In this document: positions 1 to 10,400 of the stretch, piece by piece | Layout of the letters: each line of letters begins with the position of its first letter | Position numbering within the stretch: position 1 is the stretch's first letter | DNA from: Chitinophaga pinensis | GTDB lineage: Bacteria > Bacteroidota > Bacteroidia > Chitinophagales > Chitinophagaceae | Direction: 5' to 3' | Length of the DNA: 64,000 bases | Assembly (NCBI GenBank): GCA_943371675.1 | Contig: CALRVT010000009.1 | Location: 21,040 to 85,039 of the forward strand | The notes under the pieces: generated by a model | Told to the model about the DNA's origin: nothing | Database searches by the model: none | What the model saw: only the letters and a program-made list of their open reading frames with translations | Made by a program: the position numbers and the translations under genes

Positions 1-716
1 CACAAATAATGTTTTCTGCTGTACCTGGAAAAGTTTCAGGCAGACTGGAATCAGATAAGCCTGGTTTACCTGCACCAAATTATAGTTCATCGGGAATGGC
101 AGATGGTTTTGTAGGTTTCAAAATGGGCCTAATTAATCAACCAGCTCTTAATGTAATGGAGTATGCAAAATTTAAGCAGAAATTTTCTATGATGCTATAT
201 ACCAGATTATGGTATTCAGGTAGCTACAATAAAAACAATCCGCTAAGCTTAGGTACTAATCGTTTAACCTGGGAAATTGGTTTTCCAATGGATATACAAC
301 TTAGTACAATACCCAAACGTCCAACTTGGTTAGAGATCTACCCAGCGTTACATATGTACACACCTAATAATAGTCCAACAACAATTTCTAAAGCTTTAAA
401 ATCACAACAAAAAGCACTCTTTTCATTAGAGAGTCATCTCACCCACAATTTTGCCGATAAGTTCTGGGCTGGTGTTGACCTAAGATACCAGTATGGTGGT
501 GCATTAGAATTAGACGGGGTAAATCAAAATAATAAAATAAACATACTAGGGGGAGGATTTGTAGCAGGATACCAAGTATTATCTATGTTGGGACTTAGTG
601 CGGGATATGGATCTGTTTTTGCGGGAGACAATGGTGCAAGATCAAATATGTTAAGGTTAACGGCAGTATTATCATACGTTAATCTTAAGAAGCTTAAAGC
701 CAGTCAGAACAAATAA
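1..716 (+). CDS. Putative outer-membrane beta-barrel/transporter-like protein, probably 5'-partial
   Basis: The frame of ORF 9..716 stays open back to position 3, and the first Met has no signal peptide, so the gene likely starts upstream of the window. It has Gly/aromatic beta-strand-like segments (GGGFVAGYQVLSMLGLSAGYGSVFAG). The family assignment is weak. Confidence 0.35.
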   Translation, partial: QIMFSAVPGKVSGRLESDKPGLPAPNYSSSGMADGFVGFKMGLINQPALNVMEYAKFKQKFSMMLYTRLWYSGSYNKNNPLSLGTNRLTWEIGFPMDIQLSTIPKRPTWLEIYPALHMYTPNNSPTTISKALKSQQKALFSLESHLTHNFADKFWAGVDLRYQYGGALELDGVNQNNKINILGGGFVAGYQVLSMLGLSAGYGSVFAGDNGARSNMLRLTAVLSYVNLKKLKASQNK

Positions 717-760
717 GCGTTTGAAAAAATAATTTTCTTTTCATTTTAATATTGAATCTC

Positions 761-1609
761 ATGAATCAATTAATACAAACAATCAAACCGAAAAAACTAC
801 TTTTCATTTTGGTAGGTTTTGGACTACTTGCCCCGTCACTCAATGCATATAGTCAAAAGAAGAAAGTGCCTGCCAAGTCGAATAAAACTGCTCCGAAAAA
901 AAGCAATTTGCCGGAAAAGAAATCAGCACCTGTACAAAAAAATAATATTAATAATTCTGGCAATAAAACAAATAATATCAATTCAGGTAATAAAAATGTT
1001 ACGATTGATAACAGCAAAAATGTAAACATTAATAAGAATAGCAATACCCATATCAATAATTCTGTTCGGAGAAATAACAATCGACCTTATAATAACCCAC
1101 CCTATCGTTATGGTGGCCGTAGCTATTATAGTTACCATCCTTACCATTACCATCCCTACCGTCCATTTTATTGGGGACCCGTTTGGCATCCATGGGGATT
1201 TTTCATCTCAACGCTTGCAGTTACAGCCATCATCATCAGCATTGAAAATCAGCAATACCATTATGATCAGGGTGTTTATTATGTACAATCCGGAACTGGC
1301 TATACCGTAGTGCAGGCTCCGGTTGGAGCAACTATTACCACTTTACCAGCCAATACACAAACAGTAGTGGTAAATGAAACAACCAACAACTATTATTATG
1401 GTGGCACTTATTATGAAAAGTCAGCAAGTGGATATACAGTAGTTCCGCCTACAGCCGGCACCATTGTTGAAAATTTACCCGAAGGTGGTAAAGAAGTAAA
1501 AATTGGCGATCAGACTTATGTTAAAGTTGGAGAAACCTATTACCAACCTTTTCAAAAAGATGGCAAGGATGTTTATGAAGTTGTTCAAATAGAAGAAGAA
1601 ACAAAATAA
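761..1609 (+). CDS. Asn-rich, Tyr/Pro-rich membrane-anchored hypothetical protein
   Basis: The ORF track starts at TTG 752, and the first ATG at 761 gives MNQLIQTIKPKKLLFILVGFGLLAPSLNAYSQ. It contains a long N/K low-complexity tract, a central TM segment (FFISTLAVTAIIISI) and duplicated GYTVV..P.G..I..LP / YYGGTYYEK-type motifs. Confidence 0.5.
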   Translation: MNQLIQTIKPKKLLFILVGFGLLAPSLNAYSQKKKVPAKSNKTAPKKSNLPEKKSAPVQKNNINNSGNKTNNINSGNKNVTIDNSKNVNINKNSNTHINNSVRRNNNRPYNNPPYRYGGRSYYSYHPYHYHPYRPFYWGPVWHPWGFFISTLAVTAIIISIENQQYHYDQGVYYVQSGTGYTVVQAPVGATITTLPANTQTVVVNETTNNYYYGGTYYEKSASGYTVVPPTAGTIVENLPEGGKEVKIGDQTYVKVGETYYQPFQKDGKDVYEVVQIEEETK

Positions 1610-1630
1610 TTAAACCAAAAAATACCGATC

Positions 1631-2059
1631 ATGCGAATTATCAAAACACTTTCCAGTTTACTTATTCTTACCTTATTAGTTTCCAGTGTTGGTTTCTCTC
1701 AAAAAGTTAGCAGACCGAGTGCCGGCACAAAAGGCACCTGGAAATTATTAGGAACAGTAGATGCACAACATACAGCCGACCATGACGTAATTGTTGTAGC
1801 AGGTCCTCATGACTACTTCAGACAACTAAAATTTAAAGTAACTAATTCGCCATTAAATATGCAAAGAATGGTAGTTACTTATGATGATGGCGGATTACCC
1901 GAGAAAATGGATATACGCTATAATATTCCCAAAGGTGGAGAAAGTCGTGTTTTAGACTTAAGAGGTGGTAAAAGAAAAATAAGAAGTGTTGAGTTTTGGT
2001 ACGACACCAAAGGATTTTTAAATGGCAGGGCTAATGTTACTTTATTCGGTATTAAATAA
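1631..2059 (+). CDS. Small secreted protein, DUF2541/YaaI-like
   Basis: It has a signal peptide (MRIIKTLSSLLILTLLVSSVGFSQ). The pattern W.LLG..D...D.D.I.V...F..LKF.V....+..+.V.Y.DG......I....G.SR.LDL.G..R.I..VEF.Y resembles E. coli YaaI as recalled from memory. Confidence 0.45.
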   Translation: MRIIKTLSSLLILTLLVSSVGFSQKVSRPSAGTKGTWKLLGTVDAQHTADHDVIVVAGPHDYFRQLKFKVTNSPLNMQRMVVTYDDGGLPEKMDIRYNIPKGGESRVLDLRGGKRKIRSVEFWYDTKGFLNGRANVTLFGIK

Positions 2060-2081
2060 TAAGTATTGAAAATTTAATAAC

Positions 2082-2660
2082 ATGTACCAACCAGGCTTTT
2101 TTAATAAATGGTGGCTTTTGATGATGGAAGGAATTATCTTATTAATAGTAAGCTATTTTCTTTTCAATGAAGAAGGCATACATATTATATCCATAAAGAA
2201 CATTTTAGGATTTACTGCTTTATTAAATGGAAGCATTTCAATCATTGGTTATTTTCTTACCGGTTCCGATGAAAAAAATAAATGGGAAATGTTTTTGGGC
2301 ATACTTAACAGCTTTACAGGATTGCTTCTATTAAGTAGCCTATTACTAGATAGGCAAATTGCCAATTGGTTATTTCTTATTAATATGTTCTTAAATGCTG
2401 TTTTACTTTTATTAGCGTCAAGCCAATTAAAAGCGGAGATACATTGGTGGTGGATTTCTTTTATTTCAATGGCATCTACCATTTTTTTAATTTATTGTTT
2501 AAATACAGGAACAATTATAGATCAATTAAAACTGGGTATTCTGGCAGGTTTTCAATTTTTTATTACCGGACTATTATTGATTGTTTTTGCATTTGTTATG
2601 CGTAAGATGCAGGAAGATTTTAGTAAAACCATCAAACAGATTAGCAGTCATAATGGTTAA
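2082..2660 (+). CDS. HdeD/DUF308-like multi-pass membrane protein
   Basis: The protein is 192 aa with about six hydrophobic helices and an N-terminal WWLLMMEGIILLIVSYFLF segment typical of DUF308 repeats. It starts 22 nt after the preceding gene. Confidence 0.45.
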   Translation: MYQPGFFNKWWLLMMEGIILLIVSYFLFNEEGIHIISIKNILGFTALLNGSISIIGYFLTGSDEKNKWEMFLGILNSFTGLLLLSSLLLDRQIANWLFLINMFLNAVLLLLASSQLKAEIHWWWISFISMASTIFLIYCLNTGTIIDQLKLGILAGFQFFITGLLLIVFAFVMRKMQEDFSKTIKQISSHNG

Positions 2661-2705
2661 TTCCTGTATCTTGCAATGGAGGCTAATACAGTCCTGTAGA
2701 AGATT

Positions 2706-3986
2706 ATGCACGTTTTATCAAAAAAAAATAAATATCAGTTCCCCTATATATTTAGCATCTTTTTGATGGCATTTTGTTTACAGTCAGTTACGCTTATAGC
2801 CCAAAAGAATGCGCTTGATTCGGTTACTGATTTACCGGATTTTTTAAAAAGAATTTTTCCTTCTAAAAAACCCATTTCCACTGTTCCTCGTATAGAAGGT
2901 CCTTCTATATTACCCTCTTTTGGCTATAATCCCAGCTTTGGTTTTGTGATAGGCGCAAAAATGAGTTATGGTAAACAATTGGGAAATCACAAAAACACAC
3001 AGTTTTCGGTTTTTGGTATGGAGGCACTCTATACTTCCAATGGCATCATCACAGTGCAAGCAAGACATAATGTATTTACCAAAGAAAATCGCTGGTATTT
3101 GGAAGGTAACTGGCAATTATCCAGGTTTGGATTAATTGACTATGGCTTAGGTACCGGCAGTGATCATGGCTCGAATAGTTTTATCATGGATGAGTTTCCC
3201 ACTACCAATAGTGATAGCTCATTCCCAGTACGTTTTAAATATTTCAGGCTTACGGAAAAAGTTTACAAAAAGGTTACAACAAATTTATATGTTGGCGCAG
3301 GTGTTAGTTTCAATTATCGCAACAATATCGACGATATCAAACAAACCGGTATATTCAATACGCCTCATCAACGCTATAGTGTTCAAAATGGTTACGACCC
3401 AGACCATTACAACGCCAATGGCTTATTGTTTTCGATTCAATACAATTCCAGAGAACATCCCTTACGTTCTTATGGCGGCATGTATGCAGACCTTACACTT
3501 AGATTTAACCAACAATGGATGGGCAGTACCAAAAATGCAACCCAAATATTTTATGATATCAGAAAGTATTGGTCGCTCAGCAAACGAAACCCGGAACAGG
3601 TTATAGCGGTATGGCATTGGGCCAGCTATTTGATCAATGGTAGTTTACCTTATCTGGAAATGCCCGCTACCGGTAATGATGCTTATTATAGAAGTGGCAG
3701 GGCATATACTATTGGCAGATTCAGGGGGCCTTCCTTTGCTTATTTTGAAACCGAATACCGTTATCCCATCACACGCAAAAAACTGATCAGTGGCGTTGCT
3801 TTCTTAAACCTTCAAACTGCATCTGATAATATTGATAAAAAAATATATGGAAGATGGGAAGCTGGTGGTGGTGCAGGGTTACGGATCCTCATGCAGAAAC
3901 AAAGCCGTACAACTATGTGCATAGATATTGCAAAAGGCAATTATGGGGCTTGGGGTATCTTCTTTGGATTGAACGAGGCATTTTAA
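2706..3986 (+). CDS. Omp85/BamA-family outer-membrane beta-barrel without recognisable POTRA domains
   Basis: It has a signal peptide and a barrel starting near aa 68. There is a loop-6-like RFRGPSFAYFETEYRYPI...GVAFLNLQTA segment, a GGGAGLRIL...CIDIAKG segment and a terminal Phe (LNEAF) as a beta-signal. Only about 30 mature residues precede the barrel. Confidence 0.65.
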   Translation: MHVLSKKNKYQFPYIFSIFLMAFCLQSVTLIAQKNALDSVTDLPDFLKRIFPSKKPISTVPRIEGPSILPSFGYNPSFGFVIGAKMSYGKQLGNHKNTQFSVFGMEALYTSNGIITVQARHNVFTKENRWYLEGNWQLSRFGLIDYGLGTGSDHGSNSFIMDEFPTTNSDSSFPVRFKYFRLTEKVYKKVTTNLYVGAGVSFNYRNNIDDIKQTGIFNTPHQRYSVQNGYDPDHYNANGLLFSIQYNSREHPLRSYGGMYADLTLRFNQQWMGSTKNATQIFYDIRKYWSLSKRNPEQVIAVWHWASYLINGSLPYLEMPATGNDAYYRSGRAYTIGRFRGPSFAYFETEYRYPITRKKLISGVAFLNLQTASDNIDKKIYGRWEAGGGAGLRILMQKQSRTTMCIDIAKGNYGAWGIFFGLNEAF

Positions 3987-4074
3987 TAAAATCATTGTTT
4001 TCTCTATCTTATTTTTTCAACAAAAGAATCCATAGATGCAATCGAAGCGGGCTTTTGCATAACTTAGTAATAGC

Positions 4075-7000
4075 ATGAAAACTAATATTCAAAAACGAAT
4101 TATTCGGATTGTAAAAATTACAGGTATCAGTATTTTTATGCTGATTGGATTACTATTTTTAGCCCCCTTTTTTTTTCCGCAAACGATTTCTAATAAAATA
4201 AAAGACCTGGCGAAAGACAGAATCCAGGGCGAAATGAATTTTACCAAAGCCCGGTTTTCATTTTTCAGTCATTTCCCTTCTCTTACACTAGATCTTCATG
4301 AATTATTGCTTAAAGGATCTGCTCCTTTTCAAAAAGACACTTTGGTTGCTGCTGAAAAAATAAGTTTAGGGGTGGATCTTCGTTCGCTTTTTTCTTCCAC
4401 GGTGAGGGTAAACCAAATATATCTTACCAAAGGTTTGATCAATATTCAGGTAGATGAAAAAGGAGAGGCCAATTATAATGTTTACAAAGCACCTGCTACA
4501 CCTGAAAAAAATACTTCAGATACCGGTTCTGCCTCTCTGAAACTGGAAAAAATTGTCATTGAATCTTCTCGTTTTGTTTATAACGATCGCTCATTGCCCA
4601 TGTATATTGCGGCAGGTGGCTTTGAATATGTAGGTAATGGCGACTTTAGTAAATCTATATTTGATCTTACTTCGGCTATTAAAGTGAAAGCCATTGACTT
4701 TGCTTACAATAACCAAAAATACTTCGTGTCAAAAACAATTAGTGCGGATCTGGTAACGCAGATCAATACCGAATCATTGGCATTTCAGTTTCAGAAAAAT
4801 AACCTCTACATCAATCAGCTGCCTTTTGATTTTACAGGAAGATTCGCCTTTTTAAAAGACGGGTACGACATGGATTTTAAGGTAAATTCCAATGCAACAG
4901 AACTTAAGAATTTGTTTACTGCTTTCCCACCGGAATACCTGCAATGGCTCGATAAAACAGAAGTTTTAGGAACCGTTAATTTTAAAGCAGCACTCAGTGG
5001 ACAGTATATTGCCGCAACAGGAAAGATGCCAGATTTTGGCATGAGTATGGAAATTAGAAAGGGCTCGATTTCGAATGCAAAAACACCCTTGCCATTAAGT
5101 AACCTCTTCCTCAATTTTGAAACGCGTTTGCCAGGTTTTAATACCGATAGTTTGTATGTAAATGTGGATTCTATTTATGCTACAGTTGGTAAGGATTATA
5201 TCAGTGCTATTTGTCTTTTACGCGGCTTGTCAACACCCGAAATTCATGCCAAGATCAATGGGGAACTTGATCTGGAGAAATGGCAAAAAGCAATTGGTCT
5301 TCCCGGGTTACAAGCAAAGGGTCAATTTTCGATACATGGAATGGCTGATGGTATTTTTATCAGATCACAGGATCCAAAAAAAATCAGACCTGATACTATT
5401 ATTAGTTCCATTCCTTCTTTTGATCTGAAAGCATCATTCAGAAACGGTTATTTTAAATACCCAACTTTACCCAAAGCAGTGGATAAAGTTAGATTTGATT
5501 TGCTTGCAGCTTGTAAGGGTTCTGATTACCAAAAAGCAACCCTTCAGATCAATAATATCAATGCAAATCTTGGCAACAATTATTTGAAAGGATTTTTTAA
5601 CATCAGCGGTGCAAATGATTTTCCTTTAGAATTGAATGTAAAAGGTCTTTTACACCTGGCAGATATCAAATCTTTTTATCCATTAGATAGTATCGATTTG
5701 AAAGGCGATTTAGTGATGGACCTTCAATCAAAAGGAAAGTATAACCAGGCAAAAAAAATATTCCCTGTTACGAATGCTGTATTCAGCATGCAGGATGGAT
5801 TTATTCAAACAAAGTATTATCCGCATCCCATAGAAAATATCAAAGTTGATGCATCATTAGTGGCAAAAGGCCCATCTACAAAAGATGTTGTATTTACGAT
5901 TAAACCAATTGGTTTTGAATTTGAAGGTCAACCTTTCACCCTAACAGCAGGACTTAAAAATCTGGAAAATATAAAATATGATATCCGTTCTAATGGCACC
6001 ATTGATATCGGAAAAATATATCAGGTATTTGCCAGAAAGGGTTTGGATGTGAAAGGATGGATCAAAACAGACATAGATCTGCATGGAACGCAAGCTGACG
6101 CTAGTTCAGGGCATTACGAGCGTCTCTCCAATAAAGGAACAATGGTGTTTAAGGATATTGTTGCAAACACTGAGTTCTACCCTTTTCCTTTCCATATAAA
6201 ATCGGGCACATTCCGTTTCAAGGATGATAAGATCTGGTTAGAGCAATTCACCGGTAATTATCAGGCAACCGATTTTGTGTTGAATGGATACATGAACAAT
6301 ATTATTAATTATGCATTACATGATGATCTGTTGCAAGGACAACTTGATCTGAAAAGCAAATTATTTGTTGCAGAAGATTGGATGGCTTACGCGGGAGATG
6401 CAAATTCTTCTTCTGCTGAAACCGGTGTTTTCATGGTTCCCAATAATCTGGACCTCACATTTAAGGCAGGCATAAATAAAGTAACGTATAGCGGCATGGT
6501 TTTAACAAACGCCAAAGGTCAAATGCAATTGAATAAAGGGATCATGAGGTTGAAGGAAACCGGTTTTACTATGATAGGTGCTCCTGTAATCATGGATGCA
6601 AGCTATCAATCATTATCACCTAAAAGAGCATTATTCGATTATCATATCAATGCCAAAGATTTTGATATTAAGAAAGCATACAATGAAGTAAAGATCTTTC
6701 ATGATATGGCCACTGCAGCAGCCAGTGCAGAAGGAATTGTTTCTTTGGATTATACCCTCAAAGGAAAATTAGATGCCAATATGCATCCGGTATATCCTTC
6801 CCTCGAAGGAGGTGGTGTGTTATCCCTGAAAGCAGTAAAACTGAAGGGATTTAAAATGTTTAGTGCAGCGGGTAAGGAAGCAGGCAAAGACAGTTTGAAT
6901 GGTAAAGGGGATATTTCAAAAGTGGACCTGAAGACCTCCATCAAGAATAACATCATTACACTGGAACAGACCAAGATCAGAAGTTCCGGATTTAGGCTTC

Positions 7001-7188
7001 GCTTATCCGGACAAGCATCTTTTGATGGTGCGCTGAACATGAAAATGCGCATCGGTTTACCACCTCTGGGTATTTTCGGGATCCCCCTAACGATCACCGG
7101 AACTCAGGAGAACCCGATCATCAAAATGAATCGTGGCAAGAATAACCAACCTTTGCAGGAAAAGGGAGAAACGGAGGAAGAGAATTGA
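4075..7188 (+). CDS. AsmA-family (AsmA/TamB-like) envelope protein
   Basis: The protein is 1037 aa with a single N-terminal TM anchor (ITGISIFMLIGLLFLAPFFF). It continues with a long beta-rich sequence typical of AsmA-like proteins and a charged C-terminal tail. Confidence 0.75.
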   Translation: MKTNIQKRIIRIVKITGISIFMLIGLLFLAPFFFPQTISNKIKDLAKDRIQGEMNFTKARFSFFSHFPSLTLDLHELLLKGSAPFQKDTLVAAEKISLGVDLRSLFSSTVRVNQIYLTKGLINIQVDEKGEANYNVYKAPATPEKNTSDTGSASLKLEKIVIESSRFVYNDRSLPMYIAAGGFEYVGNGDFSKSIFDLTSAIKVKAIDFAYNNQKYFVSKTISADLVTQINTESLAFQFQKNNLYINQLPFDFTGRFAFLKDGYDMDFKVNSNATELKNLFTAFPPEYLQWLDKTEVLGTVNFKAALSGQYIAATGKMPDFGMSMEIRKGSISNAKTPLPLSNLFLNFETRLPGFNTDSLYVNVDSIYATVGKDYISAICLLRGLSTPEIHAKINGELDLEKWQKAIGLPGLQAKGQFSIHGMADGIFIRSQDPKKIRPDTIISSIPSFDLKASFRNGYFKYPTLPKAVDKVRFDLLAACKGSDYQKATLQINNINANLGNNYLKGFFNISGANDFPLELNVKGLLHLADIKSFYPLDSIDLKGDLVMDLQSKGKYNQAKKIFPVTNAVFSMQDGFIQTKYYPHPIENIKVDASLVAKGPSTKDVVFTIKPIGFEFEGQPFTLTAGLKNLENIKYDIRSNGTIDIGKIYQVFARKGLDVKGWIKTDIDLHGTQADASSGHYERLSNKGTMVFKDIVANTEFYPFPFHIKSGTFRFKDDKIWLEQFTGNYQATDFVLNGYMNNIINYALHDDLLQGQLDLKSKLFVAEDWMAYAGDANSSSAETGVFMVPNNLDLTFKAGINKVTYSGMVLTNAKGQMQLNKGIMRLKETGFTMIGAPVIMDASYQSLSPKRALFDYHINAKDFDIKKAYNEVKIFHDMATAAASAEGIVSLDYTLKGKLDANMHPVYPSLEGGGVLSLKAVKLKGFKMFSAAGKEAGKDSLNGKGDISKVDLKTSIKNNIITLEQTKIRSSGFRLRLSGQASFDGALNMKMRIGLPPLGIFGIPLTITGTQENPIIKMNRGKNNQPLQEKGETEEEN

Positions 7189-7459
7189 TTCTTAGCTTCT
7201 TTAATACTAAGCTTTTCATCTATTTTAGTGTCACTTTATAAAGTGAACCATATTACCTTTAAAGTTCTTCCTTTTTCATTATGGAAAAGGATATTTTTGA
7301 GTCAATTCAATAACTATTTAAAGCTGAGAAATGAATCACTACCAAATCCCCGATTTTGAGTTGTGATTTAGTGTGCCATATTTGACAGTCAGGTATGACA
7401 TTTTTGGTTTTATGTATTAGTATAGCAATTTTTAAAATTTTTTGACCAACACTTCTTTT

Positions 7460-10400
7460 ATGGGTACCCATGCATTTTTCCTTAAAACAAAAGTTTTGAG
7501 GAGTCTTCTTTTTACTGTTGCATTGATCAATTTCTGTTCAGTTACACTTGCCCAATCACCCTTAACGCCATCCAGGGGTTTCAATGTTTTTGTTAGAAAC
7601 GGCGCCAGGGTTTCCGGAAGTGAGGTGCAGGGACCAATTGCCCTTGGAGGCGACCTTACATTGAATGGCCAGATCACTGTTGCCAGTCAGAATGCCGGCA
7701 CCTTCAAATCAGGAAATACCACCATCGGGCTATTGATCGGAGGCAAAGTGATCTACCAATCCGGGAATAGTATGAATGTGAATAGCAACGCTTATGTGAA
7801 GATCGGTGACTGTACGGGTTCGAAGATCTGGTACCAGGATAATAATGGTGCCAGTTCCAATATTCAGATCACCAGTGGTCAATACAATGCTAGTCCTAGG
7901 ATCAATTTACAAACCAATGCAAGTAATCTGGGTGTAAGTGAATCGGTTAATCCGGTTTGTGAAGGAAATTTGATCGACTTTACTGCAGCTTTTAATCAAC
8001 TCAAAAACAATTCCACTTCCTTAAGTGCTTGTACTAATACGCTTCAACTAACTGAACCAAATGGTAATCCAATTTATGATTATTCCAATTTAACCAATCA
8101 GGTTAGGTGCACTTTAAGCGTGGGTAATAATATTCTGAATATCACCGGCAATTCATTAAATAATATTCAGCAATTCAAGTTTGAAGGTAGCCGTCCCGAT
8201 GCTAATCATTATTTGATTATCAATATCGATGCAAAAGGTGATTTTACTTTTGAAGGCATCAAATCCAGTGAACTGGGATCTGGAGAAGGTGCATATATAT
8301 TGTATAATTTCTACAACACTACAAAACTCACTATAAACGCAAAAGATCAGGTTCCGGGAACCATATTTGCTCCTTTTGCTGATATAACAAAGTCAGATAA
8401 TAGGAATTTAATAGGTCAGGTGATTGGACAATCCTTCAATATGACCGATGGTTTGGTTCAGTTTGCGCTTTTTACGGCTAATGTTCCCGGCTGTGGCGGA
8501 TGTATCTTACCAGTTGTTCCACCGATCATTGGTAATTCCGCTGTATGTAAATCGGAAACCACTATACTTTCCAATACATCAGAAGGCGGTACCTGGAGTA
8601 GTGCAGATAGTAGTATTGCAACTGTAGATAATACAGGAAAAGTGAAAGGCATCAATCCGGGTACTACACAGATCAAATATACCGTCACTAACGCTTGTGG
8701 CAGTACCGTTGTAACACATACGATAACAGTTAACAGTGCTCCAACCAAGCCTGTGATCAATGCATTAAGTAGCACTGATTTCTGTGAAGGTGGATCTGTG
8801 ATTCTTTCCAGTTCCTCTTCAGATTTTAATCAATGGTATAAAGATGGAAATAAGATATCAGGAGCAATCAATCAAACATATACGGCAACACTAGCCGCAA
8901 GGTATTCACTGGTAGTTTCAAATATTTTCGGATGTGGAAGCGTACCTGCAAACAGTGTGTATGTAACTACCACACAAAGTCCTTCCAAACCACTGATCTC
9001 TGCCCGATCTTCTACAAGTCTTTGCCCTGACGAGGATGTTCAGTTATTTATTTTGGAATCAGAAAGTAACAATGACTATAACTACAACGACAATTATGAT
9101 CATGACCATAATTATTTTGAATATCAATGGTACAAAGATGGTGTTGCCTTACCTGGTGAAACTGACAATAGCATTACGGTTTCTGCTGCCGGTTCATATA
9201 CGGCTATAGTTACCAATTCAGAAGGATGTAATAGTGTAGCAAGCGAGCCCATAATTGTAACTGTAAATACTTTAACCCTAGGTACTATCACTGGTGGAAG
9301 TCAATTTTGTGTTGGAAGTACACTCAGCCTTTCTAACAGCAGTTCCGGTGGTACTTGGAGCAGTAGTAATTTATCGGTAGCAACTGTTGATGCTAATACC
9401 GGTATTGTAACCGGTGTTAGTGAAGGCTTAGCAGATATCATTTATTCCATTTCTAATGGTGGGTGTAGTAATTCAACCAGTAAGACAATTCTTGTAAATG
9501 GATTACCAATTGTAAATGATATTGTGGGCTTATCAAATGTTTGCATTAACAATACCACCAATTTAAAGAACAGTACGGCCGGTGGTGTGTGGAGTAGCAG
9601 TAATACTTCTATTGCCACTGTATCAGCAGCAGGTAAAGTAACAGGTATCGCCATCGGTACAGCGATCATCAGGTACACAGTTACCAATGAGAATAGTTGT
9701 TCCGCAATTGCCGTGCAAAACATGACGGTTAATGATGTGCCTACAGTGAACCCTAATACAGTTCCACAAAATCAGGTATGTGTCAATAACAATATCACCT
9801 TAACAAATAGTACCCCCGGAGGTACATGGAGCAGTAGTAATACGAATATTGCAACTGTAAATGCTAATGGAGTTGTAACAGGTGTTAAAGCCGGTACAGT
9901 TACCATCAAATACACGGTAACCAATAATGCGGGTTGTTCCAATGACGCTTCTTCTAGTATCACAGTTAATGCTGAACCTTTGGTGCCTGTAATTTCTTAT
10001 ACAACGCCAACCACTTTTTGTCAAGGCGGTTCAGTTTTACTAACCAGCAGCGTAGCAACAGGTAACCGTTGGTATAAAGATGGAGTTTACATCACCACCG
10101 GAAATGGTTCACAAACCTATACAGCTACCACAAGTGGCTCGTATAGTGTTTCAGCAGTTTCCGTAACAGGATGTGAAGGACAGCAAAGTCAGGGAACAAT
10201 TGTTACGGTAAATCCTTTACCGGAATCGCCATTTATCAGTGCCGGTAGTGCTACTAGTTTTTGCAATAATGGTACTACTGTTGTATTAACAAGCAGCAAC
10301 CCCTCCGGTAATCAATGGTATAAAAATGGAATTTCTATAAAGGGAGCTACCAGTAAAACTTATACCGCTTCAACATCCGGAACATATACTGCAGTGGCAA

